A DNA stretch of 64,000 nucleotides. It comes from a virus. Its lineage: Duplodnaviria; Caudoviricetes. The translations under genes and the position numbers were made by a program. Location: positions 64,001 to 128,000 of IMG/VR virus record IMGVR_UViG_3300028886_000035; one strand, given 5' to 3'. Below are positions 47,921 to 58,085 of the stretch, piece by piece; the first letter of the stretch is position 1, and every line of letters starts with the position of its first letter. The notes below the pieces were generated by a model that saw nothing but the letters and a program-made list of their open reading frames with translations, ran no database searches and was not told where the DNA came from.

Positions 47921-50101
47921 TTAAGATACAATTGTATATTGACCTTCTGAAAGTCCTGCTTTTGAAGCATCAAAATCAGACAGAACATTTTTCAGTTTAA
48001 CTCCTGTTAATTTAGTACTTCCTCTAAACATATCTTGATAATTTGTACAAGATTTCATATCTATTACACCAATAATAGTAGTTAAATTATAAGCACCCCC
48101 AAACATATAGCTCATATTCGTTACATTACTAGTATCCCATTTAGATACATCTAATGTAGTTAAAGATTTACAACTATTAAACATTTGACTCATATCTTTT
48201 ACATTACTGGTATCCCAATTTGATAAATCTAATGAAATTAAAGAATTACAAGATGCAAATAAGTTTTTCATATTTGTTACATTACTAGTATTCCATTTAG
48301 ATACATCCAATGAAATTAAAGAATTACAATTATTAAACATATAACTCATATCTGTAACTTTACTAGTATCCCATTTAGATACATCTAATGAAATTAAAGA
48401 ATTACAACCATAAAACATTCCACTCATATCTGTAACTTTACTAGTATCCCATTTAGATACATCTAATGTAGTAAGAGATTTACAACTATAAAACATTCCA
48501 CTCATATCTGTAACTTTACTAGTATCCCAATTAGATACATCTAATGAAATGAGCGAATTACATCCATTACCGTAATAAGCACCCCCAAACATATAGCTCA
48601 TATTCGTTACATTACTAGTATTCCATTTAGATACATCTAATGTAGTAAGAGAATTACAACTATAAAACATATAACTCATATCTGTAACTTTACTAGTATC
48701 CCATTTAGATACATCTAATGAAATTAAAGAATGACAAGATGCAAATAAGTTTGTCATATCTGTAACTTTACTAGTATCCCATTTAGATACATCTAATGAA
48801 ATGAGCGAAATGCATCCTCTATCGTCGTAATAAGAACTCCCAAACATATAGCTCATATTCGTTACATTACTAGTATTCCATTTAGATACATCTAATGTAG
48901 TTAAAGATTTTAACTTATTAAATAATCCACTCATATCTGTAACTTTACTAGTATCCCAATGAGATACGTCTAACAAAGTTAATTTAGTATTCATATTATA
49001 ATTATATTTCCCACCATAGCCAAACATTTCACTCATATCTGTAACTTTACTAGTATCCCATTTAGATACATCTAATGAAGTTAAAGATAAGCAATCATTA
49101 AACATTTGACTCATATCTGTAACTTTACTAGTATCCCAATTTGATACACCTAATGAAATTAAAGAATGACATCCACGAAACATATAACCCATATCTGTAA
49201 CTTTACTAGTATCCCAATTAGATAAATCTAATGAAGTTAAAGATAAGCAATTATTAAACATTCCACTCATATCTGTAACTTTACTAGTATCCCATTTAGA
49301 TAAATCTAATGTAGTAAGAGATTCACAACTTATAAACATTCCACTCATATTCGTTACATTACTAGTATTCCATTTAGATACATCTAATGTAGTAAGAGAT
49401 TCACAACCAAAATACATTTTATATTTTTTTTCATCATAATTAGAAGCATAACTATTTGCTCCAAACATATAACTCATATCTGTAACATTACTGGTATTCC
49501 ATTTAGATACATCTAATGATATAAGAGAACCACATCCACAAAACATTCCACTCATATCTGTAACTTTACTAGTATCCCAATTAGATAAATCTAATGACGT
49601 AATAGAACCACAATTATAAAACATATACCTCATATTAGTTACATTACCGGTATCTAATTTTGGGATTGATAATAATGAATGGCATTTAAAAAACATAAAA
49701 TTATTATTTGTCGATTTATTAGTATTAATTATTTTAGGTATTTTAGTAATAGCATAGCAACTAGAAAACGAATTTGCTAGACTATCTGTAATTAAATCAA
49801 TGCTTCCATCATCATTTAATAATTCTCCTGGTATTTCAGCCATCGTTCGATATGTATCAGGATATAATTCAGACATAGTATATTTTGGATAACCTATACC
49901 TTTATGTTTTATTTCGCCCAATACCAAGTAAAAATTTTTATCTTTATCTAACCCAACAAAATTACATTTATTACCATTGAAATATATTTCTTTTATTTGA
50001 TTTGAATTATAATATAAATCATTAACTGATACATTTTCCTTTATTTCATTACCACTAGAATCTACAATTTTACCATCAATAATTTCATATTTTAATGACA
50101 T
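47921..50101 (-). CDS. DUF285/BspA-type leucine-rich repeat protein (candidate adhesin or receptor-binding protein)
   Basis: About 19 repeats of W(D/N)TS(K/N)VT(D/N)MSxMFxxCxSLxxLDVSx. Confidence 0.9.
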   Translation of the reverse strand: MSLKYEIIDGKIVDSSGNEIKENVSVNDLYYNSNQIKEIYFNGNKCNFVGLDKDKNFYLVLGEIKHKGIGYPKYTMSELYPDTYRTMAEIPGELLNDDGSIDLITDSLANSFSSCYAITKIPKIINTNKSTNNNFMFFKCHSLLSIPKLDTGNVTNMRYMFYNCGSITSLDLSNWDTSKVTDMSGMFCGCGSLISLDVSKWNTSNVTDMSYMFGANSYASNYDEKKYKMYFGCESLTTLDVSKWNTSNVTNMSGMFISCESLTTLDLSKWDTSKVTDMSGMFNNCLSLTSLDLSNWDTSKVTDMGYMFRGCHSLISLGVSNWDTSKVTDMSQMFNDCLSLTSLDVSKWDTSKVTDMSEMFGYGGKYNYNMNTKLTLLDVSHWDTSKVTDMSGLFNKLKSLTTLDVSKWNTSNVTNMSYMFGSSYYDDRGCISLISLDVSKWDTSKVTDMTNLFASCHSLISLDVSKWDTSKVTDMSYMFYSCNSLTTLDVSKWNTSNVTNMSYMFGGAYYGNGCNSLISLDVSNWDTSKVTDMSGMFYSCKSLTTLDVSKWDTSKVTDMSGMFYGCNSLISLDVSKWDTSKVTDMSYMFNNCNSLISLDVSKWNTSNVTNMKNLFASCNSLISLDLSNWDTSNVKDMSQMFNSCKSLTTLDVSKWDTSNVTNMSYMFGGAYNLTTIIGVIDMKSCTNYQDMFRGSTKLTGVKLKNVLSDFDASKAGLSEGQYTIVS
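48085..49660 (-). repeat. 78-bp-period coding tandem repeat with variable insertions
   Basis: Recurrent catatctgtaactttactagtatcccatttagatacatctaatg framework. Confidence 0.9.
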
Positions 50102-50115
50102 ATAAAATCACCTCT

Positions 50116-50550
50116 TTAAGAAACCGAATCTGATTTTATATATAAAATACCATTTGTTTTATCAAAAGAAACAAATTTTATTGCTTCTGTATTTTTTACA
50201 TATGTAGTCGTAATATCTGAACCATTTTTATCATTCGTTGCGTTAACTGCATTTCTTACAGTTAACTCTTTATATCCGTTATTATTTGATAAATTATTAT
50301 TATCACATATCACATATGTTGCTTTTGTATCAATTACACGAACAATATCTCCATTTGACACAGAAGAAGATGTTAAACTAAATCTGCTTGTATCATTTTG
50401 CACTTCTATAATTTTATTACTAGATGACAATGTTTTTGGTAAATTTTTATTATTAATAATTCCTTTTAATCTACTAACATTAATATCATCTGTTTCTAAG
50501 TGATATACTCTATTTAATAAATCCTTTATTGTTTTTGATAAAGAAAGCAT
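50116..50550 (-). CDS. Tail-fibre-related protein
   Basis: RFSLT..V.NGD.VRV.DT..Y and ATNDKNGSDITTTYVK fibre motifs. Confidence 0.55.
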   Translation of the reverse strand: MLSLSKTIKDLLNRVYHLETDDINVSRLKGIINNKNLPKTLSSSNKIIEVQNDTSRFSLTSSSVSNGDIVRVIDTKATYVICDNNNLSNNNGYKELTVRNAVNATNDKNGSDITTTYVKNTEAIKFVSFDKTNGILYIKSDSVS

Positions 50551-50606
50551 ATTATAATCACCACACTTTTATACAAAATATGTTATATCTACTTATAACA
50601 TAGCTA

Positions 50607-51563
50607 TTAAAACCAATCAAACCATGTATTTTTCAATTTATTAATATAATCTTGTTTATCAGTAAATTGTGTATTAGAATCAGGTGTTGGATTCAATAAT
50701 ACCAAAAAATTGTCAATATCTTTAATATTATAACAATTATTCGTATTATGATTAAATTCATACGTTGATATAGATGTTAATTCTCTATCTGTGCAAACAC
50801 AATCTCCAAATCCATTTGTTTTTGATAATTCAAATGATTTTTTTATTTTATCTTCATCTGAACAATAATCAATAACAAGTGACCTAACTCCAACATTTTG
50901 TGATATCCCCATTAATCTATAAAATTCATCACGATATTCTTTTGGTGTTTCTTGATTATCTGCCATATTCCAATCAATATCTGTACCATAATTAATATCT
51001 TCTACTGTTACTGCATCAACAATACTTCCGAATCGTTTAGTATCTTCTAATGTCCAATCATGTTCTGCATTCGGTTCAAATATACCAACACCACCATTAT
51101 TAATTATAGCAAATGATGGATAATTTCTTTTGGTAGCATAATTACGTATATCTTCAATTAATTGAAGCATAGCTCTACGATAATTCGTTGGTGTAGGAGT
51201 TGTTGTGGTTTTTTGTACTTCTACAAAAGACGGAACAAATAACGTACCTTTTGGTTTTGCATTTAAATTCCATTCAACAACACAATCAGAAGGAGCACCC
51301 CACGGAGCATCTTTAATAGAATCTTTTTTCTTTGCTACTACAATCTTTTTAAATTTGGACAATCCTTAAATGTATGTTTATCAATAGTTTCTGTAATAGA
51401 TGGAAAATATACTTCTTTTAAATTTGGAAAATTTACAATAGAATATTCTCCTGTGCCACTATGTTCTTCATTTAAAGGCAATTGTAAATATATGACATTA
51501 CCAGATAAAACAGATTCATCTAGTAATTCAGGAAAAATCTTTATATGTTGTATTTACAAACAT
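50607..51563 (-). pseudogene. Frameshifted BspA-LRR + truncated GH114-like glycoside hydrolase gene
   Basis: Reconstructed MFVNTTYKDFPELL..FKDCPNLKKIVVAKKKDSIKDAPWGA needs two 1-nt homopolymer shifts; downstream YRRAM..DAVTVED..IDYC..RELT..NFL.L.NP matches TM1410/GH114-type proteins and stops early. Confidence 0.6.
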
Positions 51564-51995
51564 TATGCTACACCATCCCATATCGCTTGTGGATTTTCTG
51601 TACGACCTCCATACCAAGCAGGGTTATGCCATTCATCAAAAGCATCTGTCCAACCATAAGAGCCATCAGGTATAGCGTCTTTTTTCTATGAATAGTTAAT
51701 GATTTAACCGCGCAGTCAAATGCACTTTGTCCTATTTTTTGTATTCCACTACCAATTTCTATTGTAACACCTTCTAGAACATCCATACCGCTAAATGCTT
51801 CATCTTCAATTATTTTAACAGAATTTGGTAATACAAGTTTTGATATAACAGGTCCATCCATAAATGCAACTTTTCCTAACCACCGCCTGACGAACTAATA
51901 TTTGATATTTTTGTAGAAAGATTATTTATACGTGTTTCTAAAGTAGGTATTTTTGATAATACATCTTTAATTATTTCTGATAAAGCAACACTCAT
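51563..51995 (-). pseudogene. Frameshifted BspA (LRR_5) gene
   Basis: MSVALSEIIKD..GGG / LGKVAF..LPNSVKIIEDEAF..IGQSAF..HRKK / DAIPDG..IWDGVA* in three frames. Confidence 0.65.
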
Positions 51996-52085
51996 ATTTC
52001 TATCTCCTTTTTTATTTTTATTTTCTATAAAATTAATATAATCAATAAACAAAAAAACCACCCATAAAATTATGGGCGGTTTGAA

Positions 52086-52658
52086 TTAAAATTCAATCAA
52101 ATCAGATTCACTACTAAGTTCATCATATTTTGATTCTGCTCCATCTGTACCTGCTTTAACCACTTGATTAAAAACATCCTTTAGAGCATTTGTAATTTTG
52201 CTATTAACCTGATTTTTTGTAACAAGATTTGTTCCTTTAATTGTGTGAGCAACCAATTGATTTACTTTGTCTTGTTGTTCTTCTGTTAAGTCTTTTGTCT
52301 CTTTATAAATATATTTTGTTGATTCTTTACCAATTAATGTATCAAAATAAGAATTAATACCTTCAACAAATTCTGTAACAATTTCATTTACAGGAATATC
52401 TGCAAAATTAGGTTTATCTCCATTAGAAATACTATTTAAAACTTCCGTAAATGCGTCATCTACCAATGCATAATAGCCACCTAAACAATCATCTGCTTCA
52501 GGTTCAACACTATCTTTTAAACCAAATGCAAAAGATTTATATTCATTTGAATTTTCAACTTTAGTTTTAGCTTGCATAAAAATTCTTGTAGTAATTCTAG
52601 CTACATCCATATTTAGTTTTTCTGTTGCTTCAATTAAACGTTTTTTAATAATATTCAT
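52086..52658 (-). CDS. Hypothetical protein (MNIIKKRLIEA tag)
   Basis: ORF track. Confidence 0.65.
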   Translation of the reverse strand: MNIIKKRLIEATEKLNMDVARITTRIFMQAKTKVENSNEYKSFAFGLKDSVEPEADDCLGGYYALVDDAFTEVLNSISNGDKPNFADIPVNEIVTEFVEGINSYFDTLIGKESTKYIYKETKDLTEEQQDKVNQLVAHTIKGTNLVTKNQVNSKITNALKDVFNQVVKAGTDGAESKYDELSSESDLIEF

Positions 52659-52675
52659 TCATAAAACCAACTTTC

Positions 52676-53257
52676 TTAATAATTTTCAATTATTCTTTGT
52701 ACATCTTTTGCACATTCAACAATACTATTATTTTCTACTCGAATATCATGTATCCCTAAACGATTAAAATTCTGTACACTAAAATCTTTACTATCTGCAA
52801 TAAATCTACGGCACATTTCTGTGTAATCTTCATTACCATTCATTTCACGAGAAAGATTTCTTAGCAACCTCTCTCTGTCTGCTACTACTAAATGTATAAC
52901 AACAACATCTTTCCCATAGATTTTTTGTAATTTGTTAACTCCATCAAGTGTATTAATCATAATATACTTATTATTTGATTTCATATCAAATTGTCCATCA
53001 TTTACTGTAAAATACGTCCAATCTCCATGAACAGTTTTATAAGTACGATATTCAATTACCTTACCTTGATGTTTTAATTTAGAAAAACTTCTTCTGTTAA
53101 CAAAATAATATTCTTTCCCATTATTTTCATTCGCACGAATAGGTCTAGTTGTATATGTAATAATTGGCGTTAAACCAATATGCATATCTAATAAGTTATT
53201 AAATATTGTATCTTTACCACTACAACTAGCACCAACAATACAAAATATTTTTGCCAT
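52676..53257 (-). CDS. gmk: Guanylate kinase
   Basis: GASCSGKDT P-loop; TTRPIR..E.NGKEYYFV. Confidence 0.9.
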   Translation of the reverse strand: MAKIFCIVGASCSGKDTIFNNLLDMHIGLTPIITYTTRPIRANENNGKEYYFVNRRSFSKLKHQGKVIEYRTYKTVHGDWTYFTVNDGQFDMKSNNKYIMINTLDGVNKLQKIYGKDVVVIHLVVADRERLLRNLSREMNGNEDYTEMCRRFIADSKDFSVQNFNRLGIHDIRVENNSIVECAKDVQRIIENY

Positions 53258-53273
53258 ATGTTACTATCCACCT

Positions 53274-54068
53274 TTATTCATAATTTAAATATAACGATTC
53301 ATACACTTCTTCTGTATTTCCTCTTAAACGATTAAAAGAACTTAATCCTGATTTTATATATTCATGTCTTACATATATATCTTTAGGTAGTTCAACAGTT
53401 CTATCTGTATTACCACGAATACCATCATATGATAATGCAAACTTAACTTTTTTATTATTTAATTCTTTCAGAAAGTTAATAAATTCTTCATAATTTATTG
53501 TACCATAATACATACCTTTTGTATTAAAATATGGAGGGTCTAAATATACAAAATCATTACTTTTAACCATATGTAATATTTGTTCATAACTTTGATGAAC
53601 AAATATTACATCTTGTATTTTATTACTCCAATCCATCATAATCTTATGTAATTTATCAGGTTTGATACCTTTTCTACCATGATGATAAGAATTATTAAAT
53701 TCACCTTTTTTATTAAATCGAATCAATCCATTTGTACAAGTTCTCGAAAGAAACAGAAAATATGCAGGGTTTTTTGTTTGATTAAATTTATCTCTTATAG
53801 AATAATAAAATTCTTGTCCTTGTTCTTGCAATTCATTCCATAATGTTTCATATTCTTTTATTAAATATAATGGATTATTCTGTATAATTTGCCATAAATC
53901 AATTAACGGTTTACATATATCACTACATACTCGTTTTCCTTTTATATGATACATAATACTCCCACCACCTATAAATGGTTCATAATATGTATCATAATCA
54001 GGAAAATACGATATAATTTTTTCTGCTTGCGACCGTTTACTTCCACTCCATTTAATTACTGGTTGCAT
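53274..54068 (-). CDS. Dam-family (D12 class) DNA adenine methyltransferase
   Basis: IKWSGSK, YEPFIGGGS, RFNKKGEFN, YLDPPY. Confidence 0.92.
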   Translation of the reverse strand: MQPVIKWSGSKRSQAEKIISYFPDYDTYYEPFIGGGSIMYHIKGKRVCSDICKPLIDLWQIIQNNPLYLIKEYETLWNELQEQGQEFYYSIRDKFNQTKNPAYFLFLSRTCTNGLIRFNKKGEFNNSYHHGRKGIKPDKLHKIMMDWSNKIQDVIFVHQSYEQILHMVKSNDFVYLDPPYFNTKGMYYGTINYEEFINFLKELNNKKVKFALSYDGIRGNTDRTVELPKDIYVRHEYIKSGLSSFNRLRGNTEEVYESLYLNYE

Positions 54069-54307
54069 TATTTATCTCCATTACTCCCAATTCCCAATAG
54101 AACTTTTGTAATATATATTGCAAGTGCGACAATGAAGGATTGCCCCCATGTTAATTGAGTTAATCCAAAACCACAATTGAGTAAATATCCTATAAAATAT
54201 ACTAATACTGTACATACACCTAAATGGGTTAAAATTAGTCCAATTGTAATAACAGCAAACATACATAATAATATAAGTTTTTCCATTATCTCTTTTTTCC
54301 TTTCCAT
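54068..54307 (-). CDS. Small membrane protein
   Basis: Hydrophobic segments. Confidence 0.55.
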   Translation of the reverse strand: MERKKEIMEKLILLCMFAVITIGLILTHLGVCTVLVYFIGYLLNCGFGLTQLTWGQSFIVALAIYITKVLLGIGSNGDK

Positions 54308-54780
54308 TTTAAAAAATCTACGTAATTATTTATTTTCATAAATTTATAAATCAAATCGTTTGTAATGCTACGACACGAATTTTTTAGTGTGGTATCAAAT
54401 CTTGTTTTTAATTTCGCGTTCCGAATCGGTTTTTGTACTATTTCTATTTTATTATTTTCATCTACGTATAATAAACCAAATTCTTTTAAAACTAATTCTT
54501 TTGGTATTACATCTTTTGGACACATAATATAAAAGTAGTTACAATGTGGATAATATGATTTTTCTAAATTAAATAATTTTTTGTCTCTTTTATAGTCCTT
54601 TAAAGAAGCCTTTACTTCTACTACACGCACTTCTTTCCGTTTTAAATTCATCCCACAAGCATCTGCCACACTACGTAAATTTCTGAATTTAGTTTCTACC
54701 GATACTATATCTGTACAATATTTTTTTAAAAATCCACAAGCTACTATTTTTAATCTCTTATGTACTTCACTCTCTGCCAT
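54286..54780 (-). CDS. MmcB-like PD-(D/E)xK nuclease
   Basis: H..LK, ADACG, VEVKAS..D...DKK, CNYFYIMCP. Confidence 0.7.
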   Translation of the reverse strand: MAESEVHKRLKIVACGFLKKYCTDIVSVETKFRNLRSVADACGMNLKRKEVRVVEVKASLKDYKRDKKLFNLEKSYYPHCNYFYIMCPKDVIPKELVLKEFGLLYVDENNKIEIVQKPIRNAKLKTRFDTTLKNSCRSITNDLIYKFMKINNYVDFLKWKGKKR

Positions 54781-54822
54781 TTATACCACCTCAATAAAAA
54801 AAAGGATATATAACATATCCCT

Positions 54823-55230
54823 TCATTTTTCTTTATTATATTTATTATTGAGAAATTCAATCTTTTTCTGCATTTCTCGTATATCTTTTGCTAAATTTTG
54901 AATAATCATTTGATAACGTTTCCGTTCCTCATTACTTCCACCATTATTATATAAGTAATGAGCTAAATCCAAATCTATTTCTTTTGTTATTAATTGTTCA
55001 TTATAACGATTAATTAATTCAACCAAAATCTCTAATCTACTTTTCGGCTGAATGATATTTTTTTCTTCAACTACTTTTGGTACTTTTCTTTTCTTTATTT
55101 GTTTTTTAGGTTTTTTTTCAACTATAGTTTTTTCATCTATAGTTTCTTCTAAACCTAAATCTATTTCTTCCTCTATAGGAGTATCAGATTCTTTTTTAAT
55201 TATATTTTCTTCATCTAAAAATTTATTCAT
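54823..55230 (-). CDS. Hypothetical coiled-coil protein
   Basis: ORF track. Confidence 0.55.
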   Translation of the reverse strand: MNKFLDEENIIKKESDTPIEEEIDLGLEETIDEKTIVEKKPKKQIKKRKVPKVVEEKNIIQPKSRLEILVELINRYNEQLITKEIDLDLAHYLYNNGGSNEERKRYQMIIQNLAKDIREMQKKIEFLNNKYNKEK

Positions 55231-55249
55231 AATTCAATACTCCAAAAAC

Positions 55250-55453
55250 TTAACAATTAACCAAAAGCACATCAGAAACTTCTAATACGTCATAACCATA
55301 ATTAAAACAATTTTCTAATACGTTTAATATATCTTTTTTCTTACCGATTAAAGATACTTTACGTCCATTTTGTATACATAGCACATTATTATCTATACCG
55401 TCTTTTTTAATTCTCTCTGTATCACAATATTCAAAAAAGTTTGTTCTGTACAT
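55250..55453 (-). CDS. Hypothetical protein
   Basis: ORF track. Confidence 0.45.
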   Translation of the reverse strand: MYRTNFFEYCDTERIKKDGIDNNVLCIQNGRKVSLIGKKKDILNVLENCFNYGYDVLEVSDVLLVNC

Positions 55454-55474
55454 TTCACATCGCCATTATTATTA

Positions 55475-56266
55475 TTATTCACTAATTGTATATTCCCATA
55501 CAATCGTTAATGGTGCTATATAAGTTGTATATGTCACATCAAAATTATCTTTGTCTAATGTTATTTTATTTAAATTTAACATTTGACCAACAGTAGAGCT
55601 ACTAGACGAACTACTACTTGAACCACTTCCACTAGAAGAACTACTCGTGAGACTACTTATATTAGTGCTTAGTACTTTCTCATATTGTTCTTCTAATTTA
55701 CTCGCATTATTAGCATTATTATTAGATAGACGATGAATTGTTAATTTTCCATTAACATAATTCACATTCCCCCATACACTTATTCCATTATCATTCCCTA
55801 AAAAAGAACCTTTTTCTTCATCATCTGCGGAATCAGTATAACTATTTTTACTATCTTTTAACGTAACACTTTTTTCTTTGATGGCATATTTCCAACTAAT
55901 ATATCCACCCATCGGGTCTTTTAACAGTTTTTTAGAAAATAATTCTTTCTCTGCTAAAAATTTCACGTCATTAATTGTGACATGATTTTGACCCTCACTT
56001 ATTTTATACAAATATACCTTATTTTTATTTACTGTATCTATTCCAAGTACATTGATTCCCATCATACTTTGATTTTTATCAAACATACTAACAAATCGTT
56101 GTTTGACAGTAGCGTCAAATAAAACTCCACCTTCATCATCTAAATGTTTTTTAAATTGTGCTTGCGCATTACTACCTAGCTTCCATCCATATCTACCATT
56201 ATCTTTGATTTCATTACTACTTTTCCAATTATCAAACTCCATAACAAACGAACTATATGCACTCAC
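55475..56266 (-). CDS. Hypothetical protein with Ser-rich linker
   Basis: ORF track. Confidence 0.6.
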   Translation of the reverse strand: MSAYSSFVMEFDNWKSSNEIKDNGRYGWKLGSNAQAQFKKHLDDEGGVLFDATVKQRFVSMFDKNQSMMGINVLGIDTVNKNKVYLYKISEGQNHVTINDVKFLAEKELFSKKLLKDPMGGYISWKYAIKEKSVTLKDSKNSYTDSADDEEKGSFLGNDNGISVWGNVNYVNGKLTIHRLSNNNANNASKLEEQYEKVLSTNISSLTSSSSSGSGSSSSSSSSSTVGQMLNLNKITLDKDNFDVTYTTYIAPLTIVWEYTISE

Positions 56267-56779
56267 TTATTTTTTCTTCCTTTCAGTTATATCTCTTATA
56301 ACAAAATCTCCATTAAAAGGCGATAAAGAAATATAATTAATATTTTTTAATAATTTGATTAAATCTTTATCTACTTTTCTAGCTATCTTTTCGTCTCCAA
56401 CTCTACCATCTGTCTGCCAAAAACCATCTATTCTATCTAACAAATAATTCATATTATCATACTTGTTAAATTCATGCCATACTAATTCCTCAAATATTTT
56501 TCCTTCATTTCCATAAATCAAATTTAATGGTAACGGACTGTCTGATACTGCTATATCTACTCCACTTTTTTCTAGCCCACGTAATCTATGTACTTGTGTA
56601 GCAAATAAATATAATTGGTCTTTTAACATTTCAAAATTTTGTTGTAAAATGCATTCTTTCGCATATTCTCCTACTAATTCCGTTTTATATCCTAATTTTT
56701 TTAATTTACTAAATACTTCAGCAGAAATTGTAGATTTACCTGCTCCTGCACCAGCAAAAAAATTAACCACTAGCATCAA
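56267..56779 (-). CDS. NadR/Ttd14-like P-loop kinase (AAA_28)
   Basis: AGAGAGKST, EYAK, SDSPL. Confidence 0.75.
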   Translation of the reverse strand: MMLVVNFFAGAGAGKSTISAEVFSKLKKLGYKTELVGEYAKECILQQNFEMLKDQLYLFATQVHRLRGLEKSGVDIAVSDSPLPLNLIYGNEGKIFEELVWHEFNKYDNMNYLLDRIDGFWQTDGRVGDEKIARKVDKDLIKLLKNINYISLSPFNGDFVIRDITERKKK

Positions 56780-57100
56780 AAAATCACATCCTATATAAAT
56801 AGTATACAGAATATCATTAAAATGATAGCGGTTAATAAAATAAATATATTTATCTATCCATGTATACTTGCAATATCTCTTGCAAGTATTTTTTTTATAT
56901 TTTTTATTTTTCCCACCCCTAGAACGCTCTCTAAGCGTTCATTTTTGGTCATAGGTAAATTATACCTAAAGTGGGTTAGACACCTGTCATCTGGCGTTCT
57001 ACGGCGCGTACAGGGGCGTTATTAAAACAGTTTACGCTCGGAAATGACAAACAGGACACAACGACTGCAAATAAAAAATAGACTACTTTCAAAAAAAAGG

Positions 57101-57129
57101 TTGACAATCTATTGTGTTTGGTATACAAT
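57101..57129 (+). promoter_or_regulatory. Strong sigmaA-type (early) promoter
   Basis: TTGACA-N17-TACAAT with an A-tract upstream; heads the only + strand gene block. Confidence 0.85.
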
Positions 57130-57183
57130 GTGAACAGAAAGTCAAAGGAAAAATAATTATGAGTTGGAAAGGAGAAAATATTC

Positions 57184-57339
57184 ATGTGGTATTATGTTAA
57201 AATTGACGGCTTGACATTTTCCAGTAAAGATTATTTAATCATGGAACAATTTGTTGAAGAATCCTGTGGTAACTACATTATACAAGAAACAACAGAAAAT
57301 TTAAGCAACTATGAAATTGATGAGCAGTATTTTATATAA
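57184..57339 (+). CDS. Small acidic protein (51 aa)
   Basis: AAAGGAG RBS; MWYYVKIDGLTFSSKDY...EQYFI. Confidence 0.6.
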   Translation: MWYYVKIDGLTFSSKDYLIMEQFVEESCGNYIIQETTENLSNYEIDEQYFI

Positions 57340-57464
57340 TAGAAAAAAGGAAAGATAAAAATAACACTTGATGATATTCTTATTAGTATTATTGTGTCTG
57401 CTATTGTATCTACTACTGTAAGCATTACTATCAATGTATTGTATAGTATTTTAAGAAGGAGAAA

Positions 57465-57719
57465 TTGATATTGAACAGGTTAGAAAAAATTAAATGGTTA
57501 GTAAATAACCCAAATCCATGTTTTAAATGTAGTGATAGTGATTATTGTTGTGGTTGTCATCTCCATTATGAGTGGAAAGCGAGGTTTGACAAACTTAATA
57601 TTGATAATATTACTAATGAAGAAGCATATAGTGTTAGTGCGGTAATTTCTCTTAAAAAAGAAATAGAAAAACATATGCTAAATATATCAGAAGAAGTTAA
57701 AAAAGAATTTAGGTTGTAA
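57465..57719 (+). CDS. Small Cys-rich hypothetical protein
   Basis: AAGGAG RBS; PCFKC..CCGC. Confidence 0.55.
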   Translation: MILNRLEKIKWLVNNPNPCFKCSDSDYCCGCHLHYEWKARFDKLNIDNITNEEAYSVSAVISLKKEIEKHMLNISEEVKKEFRL

Positions 57720-57767
57720 TTACTTTAATAGATAGACATGTGAACAAAAACATAGGAGGACTAAGAA

Positions 57768-58082
57768 ATGACTAAAAAGGAAATCATAGAGACTATTAAG
57801 AAGATGGACAACGCAAAAGTTATTAATCTTTGGAATAAATGTGTTGAAGAAAAAAGCTATCCATATAACACAGTTTATACTAATAATTGTGCTGTTTTCA
57901 ATTCATTCTTTACTCCGTATGATGCAGTGATGTCTGTCCTATATGGTCATTACAACGAAAATGATGACTATGTAATAATTGATGAGCATGAAAATGTTCA
58001 GTCTTTTACAGACTGGGACGATACGAAAAGCCCAGTTAACATTGATATTCTTGTAGATTGGTTGTTTGAGAAGGAGAATTAA
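57768..58082 (+). CDS. Hypothetical phage early protein
   Basis: AGGAGG RBS. Confidence 0.7.
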   Translation: MTKKEIIETIKKMDNAKVINLWNKCVEEKSYPYNTVYTNNCAVFNSFFTPYDAVMSVLYGHYNENDDYVIIDEHENVQSFTDWDDTKSPVNIDILVDWLFEKEN

Positions 58083-58085
58083 AGA

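Noticed and set aside
48085-49660. CRISPR array
   Set aside because: The repeats are in-frame 26-aa LRR units and the intervening sequences are homologous to each other.
50607-51362. Independent gene starting MSKFKKIVVA (apparent basic tag)
   Set aside because: It is the frameshifted continuation of the upstream LRR (CPNLK|KIVVA), so it was excluded from the tag list.
47921-51995. Diversity-generating retroelement
   Set aside because: No reverse transcriptase in the window and no template/variable pair with adenine-specific differences was seen.
819-56336. Numerous + strand ORFs in the ORF track (e.g. 7834..8355, 32266..32916, 34678..35169)
   Set aside because: They are antisense shadows of well-supported - strand genes, with Ser/Ile/Phe-biased composition and no evident RBS.
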